From Schmidtea nova (taxonomy: Eukaryota): 63,437 bases of DNA. Both the position numbers and the translations under genes were made by a program. Under the pieces are notes generated by a model. The model saw only the letters and a program-made list of their open reading frames with translations. It was not told the origin of the DNA and made no database searches. The stretch lies in NCBI GenBank assembly GCA_044892505.1, contig CM097883.1, forward strand, positions 380,060,564 to 380,124,000, read 5' to 3'. Of the stretch, positions 32,337 through 45,335 are shown piece after piece (positions within the stretch are counted from its first letter, which is position 1; each line of letters starts with the position of its first letter).

Positions 32337-33959
32337 GATGATTCATCAATATGAACTTGGTGCTTTGGTTTAAATAACTCTCATGATTTTTACGTCCATT
32401 AGTTTTCAATTCAGGAGAAGAAAAAATGATATACCTACTATACTTTCAACACTGTCGCTATGTACAGCGATCAGATATCTTCATTTGATAATATATTTCG
32501 TTTATTCACGCCTGTGCTATGTACAGCAATCAGGATACGAAATTATTTAAATAAAACTAAGATCTACTGCCCTATGTACAGGTTTCAGGATAATAAATTA
32601 GTTTAATTCTCTGTGTTGAATATTTGATCCTTTAGCCTATTGATGATATTCTACTAGCGTGGTAGATCACTACGCTATTAAAGTTATCGATTTTTGATAT
32701 TATTGTATTTAAAGGTGTATTTTGTACGAATTTCTAGACGTTGTATCTGCCGCTTTATGCCCACAAACCCAAGATGTGACAATCGAAAAAAATAGGGTAA
32801 CATTCTGTTAATCCAAATGTGAAATTAGATCAATAATAATCGCATCTATTATTGCCTCAGACTCAAATACAAATTCATAATAATCAAATCTCTTATAAAA
32901 TAAAATTCCAACTGGTTATACTATCCAGTGATAAAAATTGTTAGTGATCATGGTTTGTAAAAATCCATACCCTCCTTGTGGCGCTTTACACCAGTTGGAC
33001 GGCCCAACTGTACGGAGCAGTCTTCTACTAGGCACAGTATGCCTCCCTTTCACCGATTTCACGGTGATCTGAGTGATCGGAGCCCCTTGAATAATACGTA
33101 TACATCTACTTAAATACAATATATAATATAAATTCGCCTCCTTCCACCGCTTACACAGTGGAAGAAGCTCGACCAAAAAATGCTCATAAAAAATATACTC
33201 ATACCTAGTTATTAACCGAATATAATGATGTTGCCTCCTTCCACTGATTACACAGTGGAAGAAGCTTGAACACATCTCAATTAAAATAAATCTTTTCAAA
33301 AGATTTTTATTAATTTAATTCAAATAATGACAACGACAATGTCAGAAATCATAACAATAAAATTATACAACTAAGATAAAACAAAATACTCATACCTCTG
33401 GTTCACAATTTTCTGATTCAAAATCGCATATAACAAAAGCTATAGTATTTTTTAACATTTTTAAAATTATCTGGATCTGCATCAGTATATATACTGATCA
33501 GATCACTTTCTAAACCAATCAGCGTGAAGCTAATGCTTAAAGAATGATTTTCTTAAAAAATAATCAATTTTATTTTCTGTTTAAATTCACTTAATTTTTT
33601 GTTTAAATTTACTAAAAATTTCTTTAATTTTTCTTAATTTAACTATTAATTTCTATTGTTAATCAATTTTATGCTATTTAGATATTATTTCTTATGACTT
33701 TTTATCATTTAAAATTTTATTTCTTTTAATTTTACAGATCATTTATATTTTTACATTACTTTTAATTCCTTTTTAATGGAATTTATTTAAGTACATTCAT
33801 ATTTCTTTATTCTCATTTGTTTTCCTATCATTATTATTTTTATGTCGAATGTGGACCAAATGGTGGATCCAACACCAGGAATTAAAAAAAACAGTAACTC
33901 CAATAAATTTTGTGATTTCTTGTTTTGGTTTCTACATTAAAATTTTGGCCTCTAAATAT

Positions 33960-34915
33960 TGTTGAGGATACCTAAATAATAAAATAAACATTGACATAAA
34001 TAAATAAAATGATTGAAGGGAAATGAACAGGGTTAATTATGTGATGTTTAGAAATATGAAAAATGAGGTTAGAATAACAAAACTAGAAAAACGAGAATAT
34101 GACAGAAAAACAAATGAAATCGAACAAATAACCAAGAAAGGTCATTCTTAATTACAAAGTACAAAAAGGCAAAAGGAATTCCGAAATCGAAAAACAAAAA
34201 ACAAGTAGAAAATTATATCTTAACAGCCTGTCAGAGATAGCGGAATGGTAGGAGAAAAGTCGGGACAACAAAAAAGCAGGACAGCTGTCATAGATAAAGC
34301 GAGAGCTGTGGAAGAAGGCAAAATTCAAAGTTGACAAACAATTTTGTTTTTAAGTACCACAAAATTTGACGAGCTTTAAAATCAAAAAGTCAATGCAGTT
34401 GAATTAAAAGAAAATTTGAGTGGGACTACACATTTGTGTAAAGAAATTTTATTTTATGACAAGAACTTTTGACAGATGTCTATTAAGAAACTTATTGAGA
34501 AACTTATTGAGAAACTTATCGAGAGAAACATATTGAGAAACTTAGCCAGAGAAATTTGTTGAGAAATTGATTGATTGAGAAATTAATTATTGAGAAATTT
34601 GTCGAAAGTTTGTGGAGTAGAATTTCAAGTCAAAGGAAAGAAAGCAATTAGTTGATTACCCATTGTTAAATCTAAATCAGTAGCTAGTGGTGGTTAGACG
34701 GATATTATACACTAGTGCTATTCTTCAAATAAGTGTCTCAATAAGCACTGTATAATTGTCACACATTATTGATTGATTATACAAGTTTATTTGTGAAATC
34801 AGTTGTTATATCAATAAAGATTCCTGTTGTAATTGTTATTCTATTGATTAATAAAGCACGCATTAAGAGTCAGAAATTTTATTGATAACTTTTAAATTTC
34901 AACAACCACCCAACA
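33960..34915 (+). mobile_element. Solo LTR (TGTTG...CAACA)
   Basis: 4-bp TSD ATAT; AATAAA near the 3' end; colinear with 38811-39662. Confidence 0.75.
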
Positions 34916-35389
34916 ATATTTATTATCAAATTTCAAATTTATGTTATTATAAGGCCAGCAACAGGATGCGCCAGGTGTACATTGCACTTGGGCCTGCAGA
35001 GCGGGATTGCTTTGTGAGTAACAATATTCGTCACTATTTTTCTTTGTAAAAATATTTCAATATTTTAATAAGATTGTAATAATTATAAATTATTTATATT
35101 ACTTTTTTTAATTTTAAAATTTTTGTGAATTTATTTAAATAATTATTTTTTGTCGTTTGAAAAATATACTCATTTATATTTGCACATAACCCCACAAACC
35201 CTAAGAATGGCTATCTTCTACTGGCATTAGTATTTCCTGGGGAAAAGAAATCTTATTGTTAGATATTTTCATTTCCTAAATCTAATGTTTTAAAACTAAA
35301 TCAAAACGTCTAAAAATTGAAAAAAGATTAAAATTATAAATATTAAGGATAAATCTTGGGCTATTATTTTAGAACCCCATTAATAATAT

Positions 35390-36590
35390 ATTATAGAAAT
35401 TTAAATGATAAACTGTTTTTTGTTCTAGCGCACGGCCATTTATATCGAGTCGTCCTATGTGACTTCGACAATGGGATGCTGAATCACGGAGAGGATAAAT
35501 CCTCAGGTCAATGGTACAATTGGTGCATATTCCGGCACACTGACCAACCGTATTTATATCGGCAATATACGCCAATGGAAACTCGGCAAAGGGGTCAATC
35601 TGTACAATTCCGAGCCAGCTCTTTATTACTTGACAAGAAAATTGTCACTAGTGAAGACGAGTCGAGTTTCCCAATAAATCGAGATCCGCAATTCCATGTT
35701 GTGAAGGATGTCTTGAGAAAAGTAACAGTCCAATGATAAATGGCAATGGGAAATAATCAGTGAAATTATTGCAGGGGAATTATTTGCATGTTTTGACAAC
35801 AAATAATGTGCGCACGGTAAATATGGATGTGAATTGCAGCAATGATTATGCAACATGTATTGATTGTGCCAGTGATCCTGAGTGCATGTGGGACAATGAC
35901 AAGCAGAAATGTTCCCAGTATAATGAGGCTGGATATCAGTACTTATTTGCACAGTATTTATGGGGAATTGATTCATTATCAGGACACAATCAATGGTGCA
36001 AGATGTGCTGGATCGCGGTTTCAAATGCGCACAATTTATTAAGCCATCCAATCAAATGATTGATATGTCAACCAATGATAAAGCTCCATTGACCATTTAT
36101 TGTGATATTGCCGGATATTGGCGGGGAGACATTCAATGGAGGATAAATAACAGTAATATTCTTTTTGTTTTTATTTCTAATGATTAATTTGGGGCAAAAT
36201 GGGATTCTGATTTACTCTAAATTTATCATTAACCATTCGAGTTCCTTTGCGGTGGCGATAACCGATAATAAAATATTCAGTAATTTTATAAAATAAGTAA
36301 AAATTGTTTTTGAAATTTTTTTACCAGTGATTTTTTAATTATTGTTTACGAATTCTCATTTGCTGATTGTATAATGTTCCAGAAAGCGTGGGAAATGATC
36401 CGAATCACTACATCATTCACACGGATCAGAAATACCTGACAATATTGCATGTGAATGGCTCTATCAAATCTGCCAGCTGTCAAGGAGTGAAGGATGATCT
36501 AGATAAGCTGTTTGATGGCGCAGAATATGATTGGATCACAAAGGGGGATTATTCTACAAAACTATTATCAAATTATACAAGTTAGTGATT
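35390..36590 (+). CDS. Semaphorin-like exons: end of Sema domain, PSI domain, Ig-like domain
   Basis: LHVLTTNNVRTVNMDVNCSNDYATCIDCASDPECMWDNDKQKC fits the Sema-end/PSI pattern. LTIYCDIAGYWRGDIQW..LTILHV..ASC fits an Ig C-W-C pattern. Confidence 0.8.
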
Positions 36591-36856
36591 ATATTTATGA
36601 TTATCATTTTGGCACCGTCCACTGTGAATAATTGCACTTTAATATTGATTGTTTGTGATAATATTCACAAATGGAAGAAAGGCGGGAATTACCATAAATT
36701 GCAAAACATTAATCTTTCATTTTCTTAATTTTAAATTTTTTTGATTATTGAAAAAATAGTTTTTTTCTGAAAATTAATGTTAATTTATTAGTTTTGAAAA
36801 TTTGAAATCAAATAAAAATATAAACTGTTGCAGCGTGTTATTAAATTGAGGCATTA

Positions 36857-38108
36857 TTAGGTTGTCCGGAATGAAATGCCCGAATAATTTATAATAAGTT
36901 TAAATCATCACAACTTTATTTTATATAAAACGTATTTCTTTATGTTAAAGTTCATTAGAAAGCGCTAATTTCAAATTCAAATATTAAGTAAGATTTATAA
37001 TAATTCTATTACTATAAATTGCATTTTCAAATGGAAATGTACAAGTTAGAAAATCATGATTTGAGACTTCTTTATTTATATGAGTGGAAATCGAACAACA
37101 ATTCACTTGAGGTGGAGAGGAATATTAATAATACTTTTTGGGAGCGATACAGTCAGTGAAAGAACTATTAGGCGTTGGTTTAAAAGTTTTGAAAATTGAT
37201 CTTGAAAATATGCCTCGCGGTAGACCCAATATCAAGCTGTCGGAGGAAGATTTAAGTAAAGCTGTTGATCAAAATCCAACAAAATCCGTTCCGAGAACTC
37301 GCTATAGATCTATCTGTCTCAAAAACAACCGTTCGCGACAATTTAAAGACAATTGGTATGGTCAAAAAGCTTCAAAAATGGGTCCCACGTGAATTGACTG
37401 AATTGCAGAAATTAAACAGTTTACAAACTTGCTTATTTATTCAAGCACGACATCAAAAGTCATCTTTTCTTACTAATATTATTACCTGCGATAAAAAATG
37501 GATTCAATATGATAAGATTGGATAAACATCAATGCCCAAATCAATTTCTAAAACCGGAACTTCACCAAAAGAAAGTTATGCTCTCAGTCTGGTGGTCTAA
37601 GCATGGTGTAATACATTATTGTTTTCTGAAAATGGATACAATAATCAATTCTGAACGATACTGTGTAGAACTAGAAAAAATGCATGAAAACCTCACCATT
37701 AGTCACCCTGCAACAGAAAAGGTATAATTATCCTGGATGATAACGCCAGGACTCACGAATCAAAATTCACTATAAAAAATACACCGGTTAGAATTTGAAG
37801 TTTTACCGCATCCACCTTACTCACCTGATCTATCACAAACTGATTTCCACTTATTTAGATATTTAGGTCTTTATATCAAGGGCAGGAAGTTCAAAAATTT
37901 TGAGAAGATAAAGTCGACAGTTATCCTTTTCTTGGACTTCAGACATTAGACCTCTTTTAAAGAAGGTAGAGAAAAGCTCCCGCAAATAGGGAGAGAGTGT
38001 ATTAATGTTGATGGATCATATTTTGATTAAATAATAACTGTTTAAAAATATTTGTAAGTCCTTTCATTTATAATCCATTTAGCGGAAATTTCATTCCGAA
38101 TAACCGAA
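36857..38108 (+). mobile_element. Mariner (DD34D) transposon relic
   Basis: Imperfect TIRs of about 28 bp flanked by TA. Fragmented transposase from 37031: SERTIRRWF, KWVPREL, ITCDKKW, KKVMLSVWW, DNARTH, PHPPYSPDL. Confidence 0.9.
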
Positions 38109-38810
38109 TAAAACCTGTCTGGGAATAGAAATGCAAAATTTGCTAAAATCTCTGAAATTCGGAGAGATTTTTCTGATTCTTATAAACTTGAAAGAAATTG
38201 AAGTGATTTAAATAATATCGATTCTTCAATAATTGTCATATTAATAATTGTAAGACTAGATCAAAATTTATTGGCTGTTAAGTATACGATATTTATATCG
38301 AGTGTGTATCATGTGTGTTCTATGAACTTCCTGTTTATTTTGTACAAAATTGCACTGGGTTGTTCTCTGTTTGTAAAATACTTTTAAGTAAATGTAATAG
38401 TATTACATAAAATTTTGTTTTCAATTATTGTCAAATCAATGTTTACACTACCAATCACAAATGGATTCTAGAGTTCAAAATTTGGCTTCAGAATGTATGA
38501 AGTAATTGTGTCATATTTCGAATAAATATGTTCAGCTATTTCATTGATAGAATCAAAACTAACATTAAAAATTGAACACATTGGCTTTATGTCCAGACCC
38601 AATAGTAGTCACTCTGTCACCAGGCCATATCGAAAATCATAATTTTTGTACTGCTCTAATAAAGCAACTTATATAATTTCTGTATCCCCAGTAAAAGTTT
38701 GTAATGGCATACAATAAATAGTTATGTTAGGCATTGGAAAGGGCTCATACGGTACGGGTCATACCTATCAGGTTAAAAGGAATTTAAGCTAGAAATTTGT
38801 GCTTTCCCCG

Positions 38811-39662
38811 TGTTGAGGATACCTAAATAGTAAATAATATTATAAATAAATTGAATAAATTGGGGGTAAAAACCGATAGGTAGATTGAGATAGCATTCTG
38901 GAACTTGGAGAAGAAAACAGAAAAGCACAAAATTGAGAAATAAGGAAGGAATAACAAAACAAAAGAAATTCAACAATAAAGCGGAGAAAAGTCATTTATA
39001 AATAATAAGTGCAAGAAAACAAAAAGGAATTCCAAAATTGGAAAACAAAAACAAAATCAGCATCTCCACATCTGTCTAAGATAACACGGGAACTGAAAAA
39101 AAATATTTGGAAAATGCCATAGGCAAAATGGAAAAAAACAAATTATCCCGAGTACTGAGCTGTTATGGGTAACACGAGAACGGAAAAAGAAAACGGGAAA
39201 TACCAGCGGCAGGAATGGGAAAAACGAATTATCATGAGTGCCGAAGAATGGCGAACTTTAAAAGGGAAAGACACCAGTTTTATGACAGAAGTTTTATGGC
39301 AAGAATTTGTAACAGAAATTTATTGAGAGAAATTTATTGACAAATTTATTGAGAAAAGTTTGTTGAGTCGAATTTTAAGTCAAAGCAATTAGTTGGTTAC
39401 ATATTGTTAAACCAAAATCAGTAGCTAGTGATTGTTAGACGGATATTATACACGAGTGCTATTATTACATACGTATCGTAATAAGCACTGTATAATTGTC
39501 TCATATTATTGATTTATTGTATCAGTTAAATTGTGAACTAGTTGTGATATCAATAAAGATTCCTGTTGTAATTGTTATTTTATTGATTAACAAAGCATGC
39601 ATTTGAAGTCAGAAATTTGATTGGTAACTTTTAAATTTCACTAACCACATTATAACCCAACA
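38811..39662 (+). mobile_element. Solo LTR, same family as 33960-34915
   Basis: TGTTGAGGATACC start and CCCAACA end; flanks CCCG/CTCG (one mismatch); shared internal blocks. Confidence 0.72.
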
Positions 39663-40323
39663 CTCGGGAAGTTACAAACGATTAATAAATAGTAATTCTT
39701 TCTGATGGTGTAAAATCTAATTGAAAATTTCCAAAGAATTCATCAAATATGAATTGAGAAGGATCAATTACGTCATTAAAATTTCGGCAAAAATCATAAA
39801 ATTTCTTTGAATGTCAAAAATCTGATAAATTCTTCAGTCGTCTCCAACCCATATTTATCTTACTACTATTTCGGATGCTAACGTTATTTCCTTTATAGAA
39901 GACCTATCAAAGTATTACCTCGCGCAATTGTATATACTTTACTGGAAGTTTTCTCATGTGAAATGTTGATTGGGGAAATTAGTGTATAAAAATTCCTTAT
40001 TTGCTATAAAGCAGTTGAATGATTCCAATAATGCATTTGCTCAGCACTTCATAATATTTCCACTTTCCCTACACCCTGCCGAATGAGGTTGTTTCGTTGA
40101 GTAACATTCTTTACTATCCTTTGAAATAACAAACACCTTCAATAATTTAATCAACAGATTTTGGATTTCCTTATTAGACGGCTGGCCATCAGTGATATGG
40201 ATAAGCTTTTATAACAGAAATCGGTATCAAGAATTTCACCCCTCAACCCTGTTACGCGGTTCCATGTAGTTCATCCATGACAACTAATAAACCCCTTTAT
40301 TCAACTGAAGAACGTTTGAAGAA

Positions 40324-40998
40324 TTGCTATTGCTTGGAAGGGATCCCTGGGATAAATGGCCTGATCGAGAGTGGGCGTGTTTATTTACTTCCCACCGTTC
40401 CAATTACACTTTTATTATAATAATCTATATCATTTTATATTTTCAAACTTTGTATTATTCGTTGCAAACTCGTGATGATATTTGCATTTGGTTTGATTGT
40501 GTTATTAACATTGATATTGTCCACTAGGAAGCACCGGGAAAGGCGGGACCAATGCCACCCTAGTGTCACCACCTTCTGTGCCAACATGTAGTATATCATT
40601 ATATTATGACTATGTTGCCATGTTATGACATTGTTATTTATCCTTAGTTAATCAACCGGCAAATGGATGGAAATGCGCGGCTATTGTGGCTATTGTGTTT
40701 ATTGTCTTGCTTATAATAGCTATCATAGCAATAGTACTATTATATTGCTTTTGTATAAAGCCCAGAACTGAAAATCCTCATAAGCACAGTAAGTTATTGA
40801 TATAAATGTTTACGGTTGCGTGATTGGTATTATGCAACGGTATATCACTGCTGCATTGCAGCAATCTGCATGAGCGATTATATTTGATTGAAATTTGTTT
40901 ATATGAATTAGTTAATCGCAATTTTGGCAACCAAGGAAATCCCTTGATAAATCTGCCAGCACTCCCAACAGATGAACAGGCAGATGATACTGCTTAAT
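40324..40998 (+). CDS. Terminal exons of the semaphorin-like gene, including the transmembrane helix
   Basis: The exon at about 40645-40790 encodes WKCAAIVAIVFIVLLIIAIIAIVLLYCFCIKPR (TM plus stop-transfer) and ends in a GTAAGT donor. A short tail ends TAA at about 40998. Confidence 0.6.
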
Positions 40999-41122
40999 TG
41001 AATGGTGAGTAGCATTTGAAGGTGTTTTATACTATATTAATTTATTCATGTGGATAAACTTTGTCTTTTCCGATAGATCTTGACATTTTGTCGCCTTTAT
41101 AGTACAAACATCCCTCGAGTTA

Positions 41123-42480
41123 GGCGGAACCGATTAACCGCGTAACTTGAGGAATTTCTGTAATTTCCGGTTTCGTTTTGATGTCTTCATTGAGTCGATT
41201 TACCAATGTAACTTCCATTACATCATCAGCAAATGAGCTTGTAACCTGTTGCTGGTTAAAATCAAACAGAGCGTCACATCTCTTCAGTCAAAAACATTCA
41301 TTCCTCGCCTTGCACGGTATCATGGAAATCAGGACGTTAATCAGATATTTTTTAAACATCTTGTTTTATGTGTGAGATACTTTGTTTTTTATGCCAAAAA
41401 AAATATATGTAAAATAAAATGATAATTACACACACACACAAATGATTTTTTTTACAAAATCTCTTAACATTAAAATTTTATTTTAAATACGACATTAAAA
41501 AAAATTTTTCGTCTCTTTTCATCAATGACGGTTCTCGTAATATGGGAAACCTTTATGTTCATAATGTCATCTCGCACTTTCCCAATCTTCCATAATTTGA
41601 TGATTCTTATGCTCAATATTTCTAAAAATTACTTTAAAATCTTGGATTTTCCTCACCCTGTTCAGCCTCCTCCTCAGTTAATGTGATTCGGGATAATTGG
41701 GAGTCTACTGGGCATGCAAACTAGGACTATGGACTCGCTATCAATTGTATTCGTGGCCACATTGAATTTATATACAATTACTTATAAAACTTTTATAACC
41801 CCATTAATTATAATTTAGAAGGGTCGCCTACTAGTGACATCAATGAAGACTCAGATATGTGGTAATGGATATTAACATGGATGAAGTGAACTCATAACTT
41901 TTTATTTTTATCTGCCTTACCGTTTGTGATTAGTACGCAAAACTATAGTCTATGGACACCTTCAAACCTTTATCTGTCTCTCTTTATTCTTTACTAAATC
42001 ATATTATTTTACTTTGTTATGACGTATTCAAAACAATCTTTTTTAATTTTTAATCAGAAATATAAATAAATGATTTGAATCTTCTAAATGAGTATTGAGA
42101 ATTATGTTTCATAACATGTATGGTGCCTTATGTATGCAGATTCTGTCCATGACACACAACTGGGCGGTTATAAATCAACAAAAAGATCCAAAAGAAGATT
42201 TCAACATTTTTGACCAATAATATTTAGAAGAAAATCTATTAATTGTGCATTTGAGTTTAAATAGAGCGACATATTAGATTAGATAAGCGTCTTCAAGGCG
42301 TGGCGCATAAAGGAAACAAGTTCATCAAAAGAATAAGCATGGATGTCAACTTGTGGACGCGCATATGAATACTTGGCTGCCCGTTGATTTAGTTCTTTAA
42401 ATCTTTAACTGCACTGAGTAAAAGGCTGTGTCATGATGTGCAATGGTGGAGCTATTATACTAATTTAACTGTCGGCTCTG
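41123..42480 (-). CDS. Possible multi-exon host gene, 3' end, function unknown
   Basis: An open minus-strand frame RCDALFDFNQQQ..TRLIGSA-stop at about 41123-41290, and other GC-richer blocks upstream. No family recognised. Confidence 0.25.
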
Positions 42481-45335
42481 TAGAATCTCATCAATGAAAT
42501 ATCCTTCTAAGTAAACCCTGCAATTAGGATCAAAGAAAATACTGAATCTGGAACAAAATACACAAAATGAGGTTAGCCAAAAATTGCACACTTATCCACA
42601 GAAATAATGACAAAATTTCGTTCACAACACCCAGTCTCACTCAATTAATCCTAGACACTTACCTGAGTGTTGATTATGCTATGACGATGAATAAAATCTT
42701 ATTAATATTTTTAATTTTCGTCACTTAATATTTTATTCAATTTCAAATATTTCAGTTATTATAGGACTACAGATTAAATTTTTTCATTTGGAACTGAATT
42801 TTCGGATCATGAAAACAACTACCGAAAATTCATGTGTCGGTGAAAAAACTTTGATCTAGTCTTAAAAAAATAAAAAATATCTAAAATTAATAATATACAT
42901 ATATTGCTGACAAATATGGACAAAAAAATAAATGAAACACACAAGCAAAGGACGTCGTATTAAAATACATTTGCAAAATGTCAATATTTTTAATCTTCAT
43001 CATAAATAGAGCACTCTTTAACGAATTTAATAGCTGCAGGTGTGAGGTGTTTTCAGATGAGAACTAAATATTTCAATGATTTATTAAAATAATTTGAAAT
43101 GATAAATAATTCAATTTTAATAAGTTTTAAAATAATTGTTATAATTAATGTGTGTTTAAATTTTTATAATTTTTATAATTTGCAATTTTTATTTTTAAAG
43201 TTTGTAATTTGAAGAGATGAAATAAATAATTAAATTTTAATAAATTATAATTTTATAAAAAAAATTTCTACATTTAAATTTATAAATTGTTTTGAAAATA
43301 TTTTGTTCAAAGCTGAAAATTTATTTGAAAATTATATAATATTTCATAAAATAAAAACTTGGAATTATGACTTCAACTTCTCAACCTGATTAAGAAAATA
43401 ATTTAGAAGATGTTCTAGCAACATCTAATATGTCTATGGCGTCAATGGAATTCTTCATAAAGAAGCTATTTTCAAGCGATTTCTATAGGGTAAATGACGT
43501 TGAGACATTCAATAAAGGATATGATAAATATTTTAAAGTCTACTTCAAAACAAGAGGTCAAATTACTGATCAACAAAAGTATTCAATAAATATATAAATG
43601 AGATGATCCAAATATTACATGGAACAAGGAGAGATTGCAGAAGGCATTCGTCAAAAAAAATAATGTTGGCAGAAGATTTACAATCGGCTATGTCCTAAAG
43701 ACAGACAAGCGAGGAGCCTGAAAAATTTTTTTTTCTTCGACCAAACTGACAATTCGATGTTGTTTCCGTGTCGCTTTCATCGTTTTTCAGCTTGTAAACA
43801 AATTGATTATGTTTCCTAACTTGAGATGAAATTAGATTATGAATTTCAGTAATTTGATTTTTTGTTTATTGGAATTTGCTACAATTCGATTTAATTCATC
43901 CGCGTTTTTCGTAATTTGATTTCATCTCGGGTTTCCCTTTGTTCAGTCTCTCCAATAGCCCGGATCTCACATGCATTCGGGCTCCGCCTTGACTCGGGTT
44001 TTCTATATAATAATTCACTTCATGCGCAGTCTCTACATACTATGTCATCGTTGCTCTAAAACGAATATCAAATGGGTCCATGTAGAAAATATTGATATGG
44101 TAAATACAAACCAGACAAAAAGAGGTGTAATATACTCAAGTAATCAGAATGACCAATAATTTGGACATTATAATTATTAAATACTTATTTATGTTTATTT
44201 TTTAATTTTTTTAATGTTGTTTATTATGTAAAAATTTATGACAAAACATTAAAAGGAGATTCCTTTGGTCAGATATTTGAGTATACTTCTTGCGCGGTCT
44301 ATTCATGATATGTTTACGCTTGCTTCCAAATAGATGAAATTTAGATTTTGCCAACAATATTAATAATAATTATTTTTTTTTCGTTATCATTATAGTTATT
44401 ATTGGTTTTCGCGTGTAGGATTAATCTATCAGCATTTAGAATCTAGTTACCAGTAAAAGTTGACTTTTTGTTGTAAGTTGCCAGCTTGCAAGTTAACGTT
44501 GACTTTCGTTCAGAAACATCATCACGATTGATATAACATTGATAAAAATCTGTTACCTTATTTTAATAAACTCTGCTTTAATGAACTCTATTTTAATAAA
44601 CTCTGCTAACGACAAAACAANNNNNNNNNNNNNNNNNNNNNNNNNNNNNNNNNNNNNNNNNNNNNNNNNNNNNNNNNNNNNNNNNNNNNNNNNNNNNNNN
44701 NNNNNNNNNNNNNNNNNNNNNNNNNNNNNNNNNNNNNNNNNNNNNNNNNNNNNNNNNNNNNNNNNNNNNNNNNNNNNNNNNNNNNNNNNNNNNNNNNNNN
44801 NNNNNNNNNNNNNNNNNNNNNNNNNNNNNNNNTTTTATGAATTTCTTTATGCAGATATATAGTAAGAGTCACGCTTATAATTATCAACAAAACCACATTT
44901 AATTCTTTAATCGATTATTTGCATTTTTACGCACATTCAATGGGAATGATCACACCTGAGAGCACACTATTGTTTTTCCCCGACAACCTTTGGTGAAAAT
45001 CAATGACTGAACTTAATATTATATGAAATAAATAATATTAAGCTTTTATGTTGATTGTTTGTCTAGTTTTTGGCAGTATTGAATGATCCACTTTAAAAAA
45101 ATCGAAATGAAGAACTAAAAATTAAAGTTAGACAAATAAGTGGGGTTTTGGGATTGGAAATGAAACTAAATTTATAAAATCACAATTATCTTTTGATTTC
45201 ACTTTTGATCTCTTTTTATTTATATCAATAATTTCCATAATGGTATGATTATAGAATAAAGTTTTTTGGTTGTTAAGTACCCAATATTTCGGCACAGCCT
45301 TTATCGAGCTTGTATTGATAAAGGCTGCTCTACAG

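Noticed and set aside
32916-33299. 127-aa ORF as a confident gene
   Set aside because: It crosses an internal duplicated 35-mer in different frames and shows no recognisable domain.
38400-38770. Possible gag/protease relic on the minus strand
   Set aside because: Only weak fragments with stops; not enough to call.
33960-39662. One full-length LTR retrotransposon between the two LTRs
   Set aside because: Each LTR has its own TSD, they are clearly diverged, and the interval holds host exons rather than gag-pol.
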